Below, piece after piece: positions 12,751 through 27,141 of a stretch of 64,000 nucleotides of DNA. The notes beneath the pieces were generated by a model, which made no database searches, was not told the DNA's origin, and was given only the letters and a program-made list of their open reading frames with translations. Position 1 is the first letter of the stretch; every line of letters begins with the position of its first letter. This DNA is from Octopus sinensis (taxonomy: Eukaryota), in NCBI RefSeq assembly GCF_006345805.1, contig NC_043010.1, positions 35,030,001-35,094,000 on the forward strand, read 5' to 3'. A program made the translations under genes and the position numbers.

Positions 12751-15248
12751 CCCCCCCCCCGATCCCTTATCTGCATCTCTGATTACAAGCAGAAGTAGTA
12801 GGGGAGCATCATAGCCATGTGTTGAGAGGGATTCTTTGGGGTTTGAATAAGTCACCTCTGGAAACATGGGATGTTTTGTTCAACATCCTTAAACAACCCT
12901 TATTCAGGGACCTTTTGGGCAGGATGGGCTACTCAACCTGAAGAAAATTCTAACTGGGCCCCACCTGCAAGGTCATGTGCTGTTTATCTTGATATGAGAT
13001 CACCATGTCGCACACATATGGTTGTGATGCAAGTGCCTAGTGTACCCTTATCAGACGAGTAGTTATGATGGGTATACTGGGCTTTGTATATTTTACCCAG
13101 TGTCACTTTGATGGCATGCACTGCTCTTTCACTCAATAATGATGATGATGATGATAACAACAACAACAACAAATAAAAAGAGTGCACAAAAACACAAGTT
13201 TGAATTTGTAATATATGAACAGACAATTCAATAACTTATCAACCTAGGCATCTTGATTTAACTAATGAAAATCAACCATTAAAAATAAACATAAGACTAG
13301 TTGATATTCAGAACAAATTCTTTGAGAAAAAAACGTGCTCTGAAGTTTAGAACCTTGATGGGATTGTCAAACAAATATGTGTGCGTGTGCGTGTATGAGG
13401 TTGTATATATGCATGTGTGCTTGTTTGTGTGAGAGAGACAGATAGATAGACAGAGAAAGAGAAAGAGAGAGAGAGTGAGGTAGTGACCATTGCTGTGATG
13501 TGATGTGGCCTTGGCAAACATTTATGACATATGACAGGTGTCCTTAATCCCCTTCAAACTTTCTGAATTCTTATATTCATGACTAAAAGGCCTTCACAGA
13601 AGATTGGGAAATAGTCACATTCTCTAGTTGTTCTTATTTTGTTTTTAATTATGCAGTGCCCCCACCCCTGAGACACATGCACACACACACATACACTCAC
13701 ACATTCGTCTCTTTCTCTTTCTCTCTCTCTCTCTCTCTCTTACTTGGTTGTTTTGTTTTATTGTAAGGTTAGCTGACTGAGTCATCAAGTGAGAGTTCAT
13801 TTTCTTTATTCTACATGAATATAAGCTAACACATACTCACACAATACACACACACACACACACACATACATTCACACACACACACACACACACACTCACA
13901 TCGAAATAGCGTAACAGGCAATAGGTACTTTGCTACTGGTTTAAATTTTAGCTATGTAAACAAATGAGGTGATAAAAACAGGTAAGACTTTTGATAGACA
14001 GACAGACAAACATAGACAGAAGACAGACAGATAGATAATAGTGTAGATAAGTACATAGATGGACAGGTGAAATAAGTAAATACAGACAGACAGACAAATG
14101 GATGGACAGACAGAAAGATCACAGTGCTTGATATATAAAACCACATTTAATTACAATGAGGCCAACGACACATTTTAAACACTCCTTTAGACACACCAGT
14201 TCATTATTTCTGCATAGAGTTTTAACCTGATGAAACAACAAACATATCCCTCCTATCCAAAAACTTGACTCTTGTTTTGCTTTTGTTATAGATGGGGTTG
14301 GTGTTTTAAAGTCACCATCATCGTTTAACATCCATTTTTGATGTTGGAATGTGTTGGTCAGTTCAACAGGAACAGACAAGCTGAAGGACTGCACCAAGCT
14401 TTATTGGCTGCTTTTGTATGGCTTCTATGGCTAGATGCACTTCCTAATGCCAACTACTTCCTAATGCCAACTACTGTTGTAATCTTTCGCACCAACTTTC
14501 TCTCACTCTTTCTTCTTGTTTCTTGTCCCCGACTTCCTACGCAACCACTGAGCCTGGATGCACATTCATCTATCTGTCGATGCTCTCAGTGTCGGGGGTT
14601 GACCTGCTTTCTCTTCTGTGGGTCTTACGAATAGCAAAGGACCACGATTCGGACTTCTCCCACTGCGAGCTCTGGGACAAAGACCGCTTCACTCAACAGC
14701 AACAACAGCAACAGCAGCAACAACAACAATGATAACAAGCTAATGAGCAAGAGGATCTACATGGTTGTTTCACTTGCCACAAACATCAGGCAAATCTCTT
14801 GTTAGAGAAAACAGCAAGAATGAGGGCTGCATTGCATGATGCAATCCTAGGAGACTCCTAAAATGGAGAGTCTGGCCAAGACAGGGATGTTTTTCATCAA
14901 CTAAAGCTGACCCGGAGGTAAATAACATCAACTACTAATACTACAACTACCACCACCGCCACTGCCTCCACTGCCACCACCACCACCACCGCCACAAACA
15001 CCACTGATTTCTTTACTACCCACAAGGGGCTAAACACAGAGAGGACAAACAAGGACAGACAAATGGATTAAGTCGATTACATCGACCCCAGTGCGTAACT
15101 AGTACTTATTTAATTGACCCCAAAAGGATGAAAGGCAAAGTCGTCCTCGGTGGAATTTGAACTCAGAACCTATCGGCAGACGAAATACCGCTAAGTATTT
15201 TGCCCGGCGAGCTAATGTTTCTGCCAATTCACTGCCACCACTACCACC

Positions 15249-15280
<32 letters not shown>

Positions 15281-15353
15281 CACTTTTGTTAATAATATTC
15301 ATGATAGGAGGCAGGAGAGATTAAAGCTAGACCATTGTGGATGACACACTTAC

Positions 15354-15492
15354 TATCTGGGATGCCATGGACAGAACCTTCACCAATCACAGAGCAAATG
15401 TAGTTCTGGTAGGCACTCTTCTTCTCAGCATTCTCCAACATTCCACGAGCTGCATCCATCCCATCCACATTTGTGAAACCAAACTTTTTTAA
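15354..15492 (-). CDS. METTL27: METTL27-like, coding exon 3 (46 aa + 1 nt)
   Basis: Acceptor ttttattgcAG|, donor A|GTAAGT, phase 0-1. Reads LKKFGFTNVDGMDAARGMLENAEKKSAYQNYICSVIGEGSVHGIPD, with the acidic beta-2 motif VDGMD. Confidence 0.88.
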
Positions 15493-15829
15493 CTGCAATA
15501 AAAAAAAATTCTTCATGTCAACCAGTATATACGTGTGTGTGTATATATATATATATATATGTATATAGAAAGATATGTTTCTTTATTAGCCACACTGGGC
15601 TGCATACAGACAGGATAGATTACAAAGTAGAGCTTTTCTTTTTGGGGAAAAAAAAAAAAGTGGGATAGGTTTTTGATCAAAAGGGATCGTAAAAGGGAAA
15701 GAAGAAGAAAAAAAAGAAAAGAAACAAAAGGAAAGAAAAAAGAAAAAAAAGGAAAAGAAACAAAAGAAAAGAAAAAAGAAGAAAAAAGGAAAAAAGGGAA
15801 AAAAAACGATCAATAGGTATCTTGTATCA

Positions 15830-16440
15830 CAGTGTCATGATGTATGGTGTAAAGGGGGAAGCAGATAAGGATTATCCGTGGGAAGAAAAACCTACGGAAA
15901 AGACCATGATAACCTCACTTTAGATGTTAGAGGTGATGTAGTCACAGAAATTGTCTGATTGCCATGACTGGGTTCTCCTGCTTGCATGGCATGGTGCAGA
16001 GTCCTGTTGCCAGATATAGGGTCTTCCAACAGCCACCCTCTTGATCAAGGGCAGCACTACTTCCTTTAGGCACTTGATGTAGGCTTCCATGCTGAGACTG
16101 AGGCCAAGTGGGAAGATGAATGGAGGCATACTGTCGCTATCACTAGTGATCACCCCAAACACATGATGTTGACTGGATGTTTGATTTTTATCACTCTTGG
16201 TATATGTCCTCAGACTGACACCCAAACATTCTGAAATGTTTGTATTGGAGCTTCCAGTGTGAATACCAAGCTGTACAACATATCGTTTTCAAATTTCCAG
16301 CAGAGTGAATTGCATCATGGTGCTGGTTTTCTCACAGACAGTGCCCAACTGACCCTACTATACTGTGTAGTCAACAAAATCAAAAACAATGCGCATGTGC
16401 AAAATTAAAGATTAAATGGTCACAATTTACCCATTACAGC
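15830..16440 (-). mobile_element. Tc1/mariner-superfamily transposase fragment
   Basis: YIKCLKEVVLPLIKRVAVGRPYIWQQDSAPCHASRRTQSW...FCDYITSNI. Related to the fragment at 48.5-49.2 kb. Confidence 0.7.
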
Positions 16441-16442
16441 CC

Positions 16443-16490
<48 letters not shown>

Positions 16491-16497
<7 letters not shown>

Positions 16498-16748
16498 AAA
16501 TTTAAAAAGGAAAATATGCACACTTACATAGTTTTAATATAGTTTTTGAATATATCGACCGGTTTCGCTATCGCTATTCATGATATTATGTTTTACTTAT
16601 TTGAATATATATTTTTTCTTAAGAAGAAATTTGGTCCATGTTGTGTGTGATGAAATTCACACACATATAATCGAAACCGGTCGATATATAAAAAATTACA
16701 TTAAATCTATGTAAGTGTGCGTATTTTCTTTTTTTAATTTCTTATATA
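16491..16748. mobile_element. (TA)n-flanked fold-back element with about 77-bp arms
   Basis: Arms 16491-16567 and 16672-16748 are reverse complements with several substitutions. Confidence 0.75.
16552..16586 (-). ncRNA. Minimal type I hammerhead-like motif with A3-U8 core covariation
   Basis: ATATC-ATGAATA-GC(GATA)GC-GAAAC-CG-GTC^GATAT: 5-bp stem I, palindromic ACCGGT stem III, GUC triplet. Confidence 0.6.
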
Positions 16749-16789
16749 CATTACAACTCACCACGTGAATCGAAATTCCTCTTTTCTGT

Positions 16790-16831
<42 letters not shown>

Positions 16832-17094
16832 AACTGATCTTCCTGTATTTTCTTTTCAGTACACCTTTGTACGCTAATGCATAATTATCAAGGTAATTCA
16901 AAATTGGTTGTGGCACCTTGGGTAAGTGTCTACTTACTCACAAGGCTTTAGTTGGCCCAAGGGCAATAGTAGAAGACACTTACCCAAGGTGCCACAACCA
17001 ATTTTGGATTAACTTGATAGTGTTGCGTTAGCATACAAAGGGGTACTGAAAAGAAAATACAGATAATAGAAAACACAGGAAGATCAGTGAATTA

Positions 17095-17252
17095 TGATTT
17101 TATTCAACATATCCCCTTCTCAGATTTACACACTTATTGCAGCCATCTTTCAGTTTTTCTCAGCCCTATAAAAGAACTCTGAAGACAGGGCTTCTAACCA
17201 GGCCTTTCGTAAAACCCTTTAAAGCCAGGAACTTTTCAGCATACCCTCATAT
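17095..17252. mobile_element. Mariner terminal fragment
   Basis: The reverse complement at 17222-17252 reads atatgagggtatgctgaaaagttcctggcttt, a mariner-type TIR. Confidence 0.55.
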
Positions 17253-17564
17253 ATTTTTCTATACATTAATTAGACTGGTATTTTATACCATTTTCTTTAT
17301 CTAAATATGCTGGCACAATCGAAACAATTCTCGGTAATGTATGGTGTAATCAATTAAAGAAAGATGTGATTGAAATTCTTCTAAATGATGTTTGGATTTA
17401 CTTGTTATCCATAAGGAATTACCTCGGATGGTTTTTCTACTAGAATTTATTGGTATTTGATTGTTGAATATAGTTAACCAAATTCGTTTCACACTGAGTG
17501 GGTTATAGATACCTGCTTGTATTTATTAATCGCTTTTATTCCTTATAACATATGTACATACATA

Positions 17565-17603
<39 letters not shown>

Positions 17604-19214
17604 CCGCTAAGTTACAGGGACGTAAACACACCAGCATCGGTTGTCAAGACACAGACACACACACACACACACACACACATACATATATATATATACATAT
17701 ATACAATGGGCTTCTTTCAGTTTCCATCTACCAAATCCACTCACAAGGCTTTGGTAGAAGACACTTGCCCAAGGTGCCACAAAGTGGGACTGAATCCAGA
17801 ACTATGTGGTTGGTAAACAAGCTATTTACCACACAGCCACTCCTGCACCTGCATGTATGTTATACATATATATGTTTGTGTGTGTGTGTATGTATATATA
17901 GATGTATGTATATATGAATATACTCTTTTACTCTCTTTTACTCTTTTACTTGTTTCAGTCATTTTAACTGCGGCCATGCTGGAGCACACATAGACATATC
18001 CATATAAGAAAAGCAATGTCTGTGTTCAAGGAGATAGAAACGAGTGAGGCAGTTGGAGGCATATGTAAGAGAGAGAAATGCGAAAAATTATAATTACAGT
18101 GAGATGTAGTGAGAGGGTTTGCAATGGTTGATTGAAATGAAACTGCATATATTTGTCATAAATTCTGGGACAAATGTATTATTGCTATACTTCATAATTC
18201 GTATTCAAAACAGGAGTGGGGAGAAGAAAGGAATCAAAAGCAAAGCATTATATGTTGATTTTAAATGATGGAATTTCACACACATGCACGCACACACACA
18301 CACACACACACACAAACACATACAAACACACACACACACACAAAGGTCATATAGTTTTTATTTTTCTAACAAGCTTATATATGACAATCAATCAACTACT
18401 AACGAAACACATTGCCAGTCATATTAAAAAAGAAAATAGTTAAATTTTTCATTGGGGGTGGGGTATATAGGTGTGAGTACAAGTGTGTGTGTGTGTGTGC
18501 ATGTATACAGGTGCGAGTGCAAGTGTGTGTGTGTGTATTAATGTATGTATGTATTTATGCATCATTTTCTCAGGCCCATTCTGAGCACCTACCAGGGTCC
18601 CACATTGTGATTAAATAGATTTCCCAGTGGTAGAGGAGGTTCCATTTATTTTTGTCACAGGTTACAACAATGAATGTCCCAATTGATGCAATCAACAAAA
18701 TAGACCGCTTGTGGAATTAATAACCTCGAGGCTGATCACTCCACAGGCACATGTACCCTTAATGTAGTTCTCAGGGAGATTCAACACAACACAGAATGTG
18801 ACAAAGCAGGCCATTTGAATTACAGGTATAACTCATTTTTGACAGCTGTGCAGACTGGAGCAATAGGAAATTAAGTGTCTAGCTCAAGGACACAAGGCAC
18901 CACCAGGAATTGAACTCACAACCTTTTGATCATGAGCTGAATACTTGAACCACTAAGCAACACATCCCCACTAAAAGAAATAAGGAAATGGAATCTCTGC
19001 AGATGCTTGTCAGGTGGACTGTACTTGTAATTCAAAAGGTAGAACCATATCATGCATCATTTCACAATGATTCAACCTGAGAATTCCACATGTCTGTGGA
19101 ATACTCAGCCAGTTACATGTTAATTCAGGAGCAGGTAATTCAACTTTGTGAACAATTGAATCTTCATTGTCAAAATGACAGCAGTGTACTACCTCCCCGA
19201 CCAATCTCCTCTTT

Positions 19215-19253
<39 letters not shown>

Positions 19254-19598
19254 CCTACACCCCTATCAAGCATTCCACCAATCCCCTTAAATACTTAAAA
19301 AAACAATTCTTACTTCAAAGTTTCAAGCATACCCCATACCAATAATTAAGAAATTAATTAATCTATGGTTAACGCAGTTTCTTGCAAAAATCCTAGGCTA
19401 ATGCATGAAAGATAACAATTAAGATATTCTCAGAAGTTATCTCTCATAGTTGGAATGTTTATTTCAAAATCCCATTCAGTCTCATGTAACTTCGTGAATT
19501 ATTATCTAAAATGAAGACAAGTACCAACACTTCCATGTGGCAAGCTAGAACAATTGTGAAGATGTTTTCACATGAAATCATTGGTTGCTTTGTGTGGT

Positions 19599-19682
<84 letters not shown>

Positions 19683-21589
19683 ATCAAAATAGCAACAGGA
19701 TATCAAGAGGGATGCAGTACGACCATTTCAAGCGGCTCCATTTAATCAAACAATGCAATCATTACATCAGTTTAAATGCAGGGCTATCCTCAGCTGCATA
19801 AATAAATAAATAGAATCTTTAATCAGTTGGACCCATTAATATAATTTTACTCAAATGCTCTAATAGAGCAAGAAGACAAACAGAGTCCATGTTGCCACTA
19901 ATGTAGCTAAGAATATACTACACTTCTAGAACTGTATGAAGTTTGTTGGAGTCATAGCTTGTAAAGGATTGTGGTTCATTTTCAATTTATTAATCTTTTT
20001 ATCAACTACCAAATCTAAGACTAGAAGACTGTGTCTGTTTAGAATGGAGGGCAGGAATGAGTTGACAGCACATAGCTGGGTATGGTCATAAATATTGTCA
20101 AGATTAGTATAAAATAACTGTCTATAAGGGAGGCTGGGTAGGGAAAGACCCAAAACAAGATGTTAATTATCAGTTAAAGGGGCAAGACTCTAATAAAACC
20201 TATGATGTCAATACAGAGAAAATTATCATGGGGTATTATGGGTGATTGTATATAAACAATATTGTTATGCTGTATAAAGATAAAATTTAAGATTATTAAA
20301 AATGATATTATAACCAAATTGATAAAATGTGTATATATACCAATTTTCAACAATAGAAAGGGAAGATTACATAGAATTAGTTTAATATTCATTCATGTAC
20401 TTAATTATTCACTTATTAGGTGGTTTCTATAAAGACTGTTCTGGGCATTTACTTATGGAATACTGGGGAGATAAATCATGCTATGTATATGATTGATTCT
20501 AGTTTCAGCTAGGGCACCGCCATTAATTATAAGCTAAGAATCAGAAGAAAATTGGAAAAAAAAGTTGTTTACAGATACACACACATATTTAACTATATGC
20601 ACACATGCAAATATACACAAATATTTATGCTTTATTATGGATATGTTATAATCAACTCTCATTGACTTAAGTAACTAGAAAGTTTATATCTCTATTTCAG
20701 AACAGTAACAACTTATAAGGGATAAGAGGTTAATCGGTAAAGATATCAAAATAAGAAAACAAAATAAATAAGAAATTATAGAGAATAGTAAGAAAATATA
20801 CAGATCTTACATTTCAAAGAGACAGAGTATTAAAATTTGAGGTAGGAGAGAGATAAAGATAACCTCACAGAAGAAGCAATAGGTATGGTAGTAGTGAGAG
20901 CAGTAGGAGGTATTCAGACCGAAGGGGTCTCTTTTACTCTTTTACTTGTTTCAGTCATTTGACTGTGGCCATGCTGGAGCACCACCTTTAGTTGAGCAAA
21001 TCAACCCCAGGACTTAATCTTTGGAAGCCTAGTACTTATTCTATCAGTCTCTTTTGCAGAACTGCTAAGTTACAGGGACGTAAACACACCAGCATCGGTT
21101 GTCAAGCGATGTTGGGGGGACAAACACAGACACACAAACACATACATATATATATATATACATATATACAATGGACTTCTTTCAGTTTCCATCTACCAAA
21201 TCCACTCACAAGGCTTTGGTTGGCTCGGGGCTATAGTAGAAGACACTTACCCAAGGTGCCACGCAGTGGGAATGAACTCAGAACCATGTGGTTGGTAAGC
21301 AAGTTACTTACCACACAGCCACTCCTGTGCCTATTTAATAGGTTATAAAGTTAACTTTGCTATTTGCTATAACATACATGATTTAACAGTTTCACAGGGT
21401 TATATAATTATGAGGCTTACTTACATAAGCGCCATAACAAAATATATATAATATGATTAGTAGGGTAGAACATCATAGAAATGAACAAATAGTTTAATCA
21501 TTAAAAACATGAAGTCAGACTAACTAGGCAGGATTATTCATAGGATAGTAACTACATGTAGCATACCACATACCATACCATACCATATA

Positions 21590-22126
21590 TTGGGTTGTCC
21601 AGAAAGTTCGATTTTTAAAGGAAAGAAAAAGGTCAATAAATACTTGCCATTATATTTTTAATCAACCAAATATGAACTATTTTGTTACACAATGCATCTC
21701 CATCTTTCTTTTAAATTGAAAATACCCTCTTCCTAGAATTGAGGTGGTTTCATGGCAAAGAATTCATTAAGGTATCTTTTTACGTCATCCAAGGAATTGA
21801 AATGAGACCTGAATAAGTGGAAATCTGAAGGAGCAATATCTGGTGAATATGGAGGGTGGGGTAACACATCCCAGCCAAGCTGCAGCAATTTTTGTCTGGT
21901 TTCCAAAGCATCAAGTGCTGAAAAGGAACTTTCTTATCTTCGATTTTAAAGGGTTACAGAATTAACACAGGTTATAGGAACATAAACCTTCTTCCACGAA
22001 AAGATAGCTTAAACTGTGCTCTAAATGGAGGTGCAGTCAAATCCTATTTTATGGACTCAACCATGTTCTATAATAAGTTGAAAGGTAAGCTACTATAAAT
22101 TGGCATGAACTTTCCAGACAACCCAA
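21590..22126 (-). mobile_element. Internally deleted mariner element
   Basis: TA|TTGGGTTGTCCAGAAAGTTC ... GAACTTTCCAGACAACCCAA|TA. The minus strand encodes LLQLGWDVLPHPPYSPDIAPSDFHLFRS. Confidence 0.88.
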
Positions 22127-22239
22127 TAGCTTATAACATATGTAATGCACTTTAATTCATCACATTACTCAATATCCCATGATTTTATAATATATAATAC
22201 TAGGAGGTAAGTTCACATCAGATACGACACCAAAATTAT

Positions 22240-22557
22240 ATATATATATAAATTAGAAAAAGAACACCTTTTATCAATTCAAAATGAAAAATTAGATTAC
22301 ACCATCTAGAAAATTACATATAATAGAAAGACTGAATATAAGATAAAAAATATAACGATGATTAAGTAATGTGCAAAATAATAAATAAAACGTATATATT
22401 TGGTAGAATAACGACACGTGTTTTGTGGCTATATTTAATAAATGATTATAGTAAAAATATTAGTAGTAGTAGTAAAATCACTTCAATATAAATATAGCCA
22501 CTCATCAGGTTAAAGATAACTACAATAATAAAATAATTAATTAATAAGTATATTCTT

Positions 22558-22597
<40 letters not shown>

Positions 22598-24298
22598 AAC
22601 TATACATTAAGTGAAAACTAAATACAACACTTTAAACTATATACATTAAATCAGATTATTAACTAATATATTTATTTAATAAACATTCAAATAAAGTCTA
22701 ATACCCATTAAGTAATTAATACTAAAAACCTTAATATTAATTAATATACACAATTCTAGTACAAGCCATAAATACTGGAATCAAAAATAAGAAATGGTTC
22801 AAATATAGACACACCCATTATATAAATTAACTATATTATTAATATCTATGTAGTAACTATAGATTTAATATATCACTTAATAATATAGTTGACCAAAATA
22901 TCAATTAATATAAAAACTAATTTTCAAGTAATACTATTTGATAAATATACCACCTAATTATTAAATAATGTATTGGCTAACAAAATTAATTCTCAAATTA
23001 AATTATATGTAATACGTTAAATCCCTTTATAAAAATAATACTAAATCATATTAAATAAATAGATATCATAATTAATAACTATCAATATATATAAAAATAA
23101 TAATATTTCAACATCAATAATAATAACAATAATAATCAAACCCAATATAATTCAAAAGCCAAATAATATTTATAAGCAAAAACCATTACCTAGCTTGTCG
23201 ATGAAAATAATATAACTGAATTTTAAATGTAAAAAAATATATAGGTATTAGTGTTTATAAAAATTAAATGCATGAAGACTTAGTGTAAACAAATATAATA
23301 AACTATCAATGAAAATGGTGAAAACTATTTACTAATGAAAAATACAAAAAACATCTAAGCCCCATGAATTAAAGAAAGGTACAAAAAAATATTAGAACAA
23401 ATGAAGACATTCAACTACAATCGACAGTCCACTAAAAATCCAGTCAATAACAATAATAATAATAACAACAATCAAACTCAATATAATACAAAATCCAAAT
23501 AATATTAATAAACAAACAACATTACTATGCTTATCAATTAAATTGATATAACTGGATTTTAAATGTATAAAAATAGGTCTTAGCATCTTAATTGATATAC
23601 CCAATGCTAGTACAAGTCATAAATACTGGAATCAAAAATAGGAGATGGTTCAAATATACACAAACCTATTATATAAACTAACTATATTATTAATATATAT
23701 GTAGTATCTATAGATTTAATATTTCACTCAATAATATAGTTGACCAAAATATTAATTAATATAAAAACTAATTTACTTAAATGTAATACTACATGATAAA
23801 ATACCACCTAATTATTAAATAATGTATAGTCTAACAAAACTAATTCTCAAATTAAATTATATGTAATACGTTAAATCCCTTTATAAAAATAATACTAAAT
23901 CATATTAAATAAATAGATATCATAACTAATAATGATTGTAACAAATAACTATCAAGAAACTATAAATAAAAATAATAATATTTCAACAACAACAACAACA
24001 ACAACAACAACAAGCAAACCCAAAACAATTCAAAATCCAAATAATATAGATAAGCAAAAAACGTTACTTGGCTACATTTATATTAAAGTGATTTTACTAC
24101 TACTACTATAATCATTTCTTAAATATAGCCACGAAACACGTGTCGTTATTCTACCAAATATATAAGTTTTATTTATTATTTTGCACATTACTTAATCATC
24201 GTTACATTTTTTATCTTATATTTAATCTTTCCATTATATGTAATTTTCTAGATGGTGTAATCTAAAAAGTGTTTTTTTATCTAATTTATATATATATA
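22240..24298. mobile_element. About 2.06-kb (TA)n-flanked fold-back with about 230-260-bp inverted arms (PLE pLTR-like) and internal direct repeats
   Basis: Arms 22240-22500 and 24069-24298. Internal diverged direct repeats at about 22751-23180 and 23602-24068. Confidence 0.75.
22409..22512 (-). ncRNA. Type I hammerhead motif with a G12A lesion
   Basis: TAAC-CTGATGA-GTGGCTATATTTA(...)TAAATATAGCCAC-AAAAC-ACGT-GTC^GTTA. The opposite arm retains GAAAC at 24133-24137. Confidence 0.7.
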
Positions 24299-24403
24299 TT
24301 ATATTTTGTGAAATTTTATTTAGTATTTCTAATTTGAATTTTTCCCTGTAAGTTTGGAATAATATTCCCTCATATTATTATTATTATTATTATATATATA
24401 TCA

Positions 24404-24704
24404 CATGATCACATGACCGACCAGACCATCAGATGTTTTACACATCGCTGGTCACAATGTGTTTGCATTGTTTTAGCCTTCGAATGACGCCACCCCGCTG
24501 GCTAAGCGAGCAGGCCAACAGAAGAAAGAGAGAGAGAAAGAGTGGTGAAAGAGTACAGCAGGGATCACCACCCCCTGCCAGAGCCTCGTGGAGCTTTTAG
24601 GTGTTTTCGCTCAATAAACACTCACAACGCCCAGTCTGGGAATCGAAACCGCGATCCTACGACCGCGAGTCCGCTGCCCTAACCACTAGGCCATTGCGCC
24701 TCCA
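24404..24704 (-). mobile_element. tRNA-derived SINE with a SINE-A head and a different tail
   Basis: The head matches 491-600 (tggaggcgcaatggcctagtggttaggg...). The tail is shared with 4375-4495. Confidence 0.8.
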
Positions 24705-24736
24705 CATTATATATACATATATATATATATATATAC

Positions 24737-24773
<37 letters not shown>

Positions 24774-25902
24774 ATCTCATATATACACACTATATACTTG
24801 TTCTTCAAGTATAGTGAAGAAAAACTAATTGTATTTGTGCTTAATTGGCATAAAAATCACAACCATTCCCAAATATAGCAATACATTTAATATTTAAGGT
24901 CATCTATCTATGTATTTATTTATCTACTTATCCATGGCTATATTGCATTATCACAGTTCCAATCAGACCAACAGGTGTTATTATACACCACTGGTTACAA
25001 TGTACTTCCAGCTTTGTCTTGATTGCATTATTCTTTTCTCTCTTGACCCAAATTACTTGACTAAATCAGCTACCCACACACACCCACACACATGTCAAAA
25101 TAAATGTACAGAACATTTACTGATGAGGTGGGGCTCAATACTAAAAGTAGAATCAAATTTATTATAAAATACATGTTAGGTGAGACTTAAAGTTATGTAA
25201 CTATCTACAATACAAACTTCCGAAACAAGCCAGCCACCTAGTTACCTACAAATCAGGTGAACACATAAGTTAGACAGACTTTATTCTCAGCAGAAAACAA
25301 GACAAATACTTTCCTGATGAAGAATACATTACCCAACATAGATTAGCAATTAATTACTTAAGAATAAGTTATAGAGAGACAAAAGACAATCTTGAAAAAT
25401 CTTGAAGACTCGGAAGCTAAAAGAACTGCTGGCAGACTGTATGTTCGAGATGCTTAAGAACAAGGAAAAGATTTTATAAGTCTTTGTATCTACTGTCAGT
25501 CAGCCACTACTTCAGGAGGTGGAAGTTATCGTGGTGGTGGTGGTGGTAGTGGCAATGGTGATGGCTACAGTGGTGGTGACAGTGGTGGCAATGGTTGTGG
25601 CAGTGATGGTGGCAATGGCAGGGGCAGTGGTGGTGGTTTTAGAATGACAGTAGATCCCTGATTCCCAACATAGGGTGTATGCCCTACCGGTAGGGCATGG
25701 TAATATTTTGGTGGTATTTCGTCTGCCGCTACGTTCTGAGTTCAAATTCCGCCGAGGTCAACTTTGCCATTCATCCTTTCGGGGTTGATTAAATAAGTAC
25801 CAGTTAATGCACTGGGGTCAATGTAATCGACTTAATCCGTTTGTCTGTCCTTGTTTGTCCCCTCCGTGTGTAGCCCCTTGTGGGTAGTAAAGAGAGAGAG
25901 AT

Positions 25903-25961
<59 letters not shown>

Positions 25962-26178
25962 TATTTATGATACTGGTAACGCACACATACACACACATAT
26001 GTATATATATGAACAGAGTTGAAAATTAACAGGTCATTTTATTCCCACCAGTCTGTTTTGTTAATTCAGCAAAAAAGTAAGAAAAAACTTCCAAGCTAAG
26101 AAAATTCAGGGAATATTTTTTTGTTTCTTTTTTAGCATATTTTCCGAAAGTTTATACTGAAATCTTTTTGAACAAATA

Positions 26179-27119
26179 TGTGTTATATCATGTAGATTCC
26201 AAACATACAAAATTTTAGTGGGAAAGTGTTTTAGTTGGGGTGGTAATTTCAGAAAATTCACCGGAGTCTACTTCAATTTGTCTTAACTTTCAAGAAAATG
26301 GATTTTTTAAATGAAATTCTCTGCAAATATACCTTGGACTATGTAGATTCCAAGGACATAGGAATTTGAGGAGAAAATAATTGGGGGCTATTTTTGAGAA
26401 CTGTTCCCCACACGCAGGTGTTTCGGGACAAGTCATCCATATTTGTTTCATTTTCTTTGTTTTGTGCATTTGTGCATCCATAGATTTCTACTGCAGCAAC
26501 AAACAGGCAATGAAGGCAAATGAAGCCCTCACTAAAAAATTCGTTATGCTAAAAATAACAGCTAAAAGTCTGGTACACAGAAATATGTTATTAAGACGAC
26601 TTATCTGTTGCACGTTTCTAATAGAAAGGCAGAAGACACCAGAAGCAAAAATAAGGAATATACACACAGAGCTAAATATAGAAGTATAAAGTGTAATTTG
26701 TTACATAATCTCTATAATAAACATGATATTGAATGGAATAATTCCCCGTTTGAACTTTTTTAATTACATATATATGTGTGTATGTGTGAGTGCATGTGTG
26801 GTAGAAATCTATGAATGCACAAATGCACAAAATGCACAAAATGAAACAAATGTGGACGACTTGTTCAGAAGCATCCGTGAGTGGGGAACAATTCTCAAAA
26901 ATAGCCCCAATTGTTTTTCCCCAAAATTCCTATGTCCTCGGAATCTGCATAGTCCGAGGTATATTTGTAGAGAATTTCATTAAAAAATACCCATTTTCTT
27001 GAAAGTTCAGACGAACTGAAGTGGACTCCAGTGAAATTTCCGAAATCTCCTCCCAACCCCTCCTAAAACACTTTCCCCCCAAAATTTTGTATATTCGGAA
27101 TCTACATGATATAACACAT
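26179..27119. repeat. Inverted repeat pair with about 315-bp arms
   Basis: 26179-26491 and 26801-27119 are diverged reverse complements separated by about 310 bp. Confidence 0.75.
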
Positions 27120-27141
27120 TCATAGACAATTTCATAAAAAA

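Noticed and set aside
17330-17440. Possible PLE RT remnant (LWITSKSKHHLEEFQSHLSLID)
   Set aside because: The resemblance is short and lacks the catalytic DD, too weak to call without a profile search.
19010-19273. 87-aa ORF that looks protein-like
   Set aside because: It overlaps a degenerate SINE tail and a (GA)n repeat, and it is not needed for the gene model.
22500-24068. Possible mitochondrial insertion (AT-rich, strand-skewed, hydrophobic ORF 23392-23604)
   Set aside because: No recognisable mitochondrial gene, tRNA or rRNA motif was found. The sequence consists of internal repeats bounded by inverted arms.
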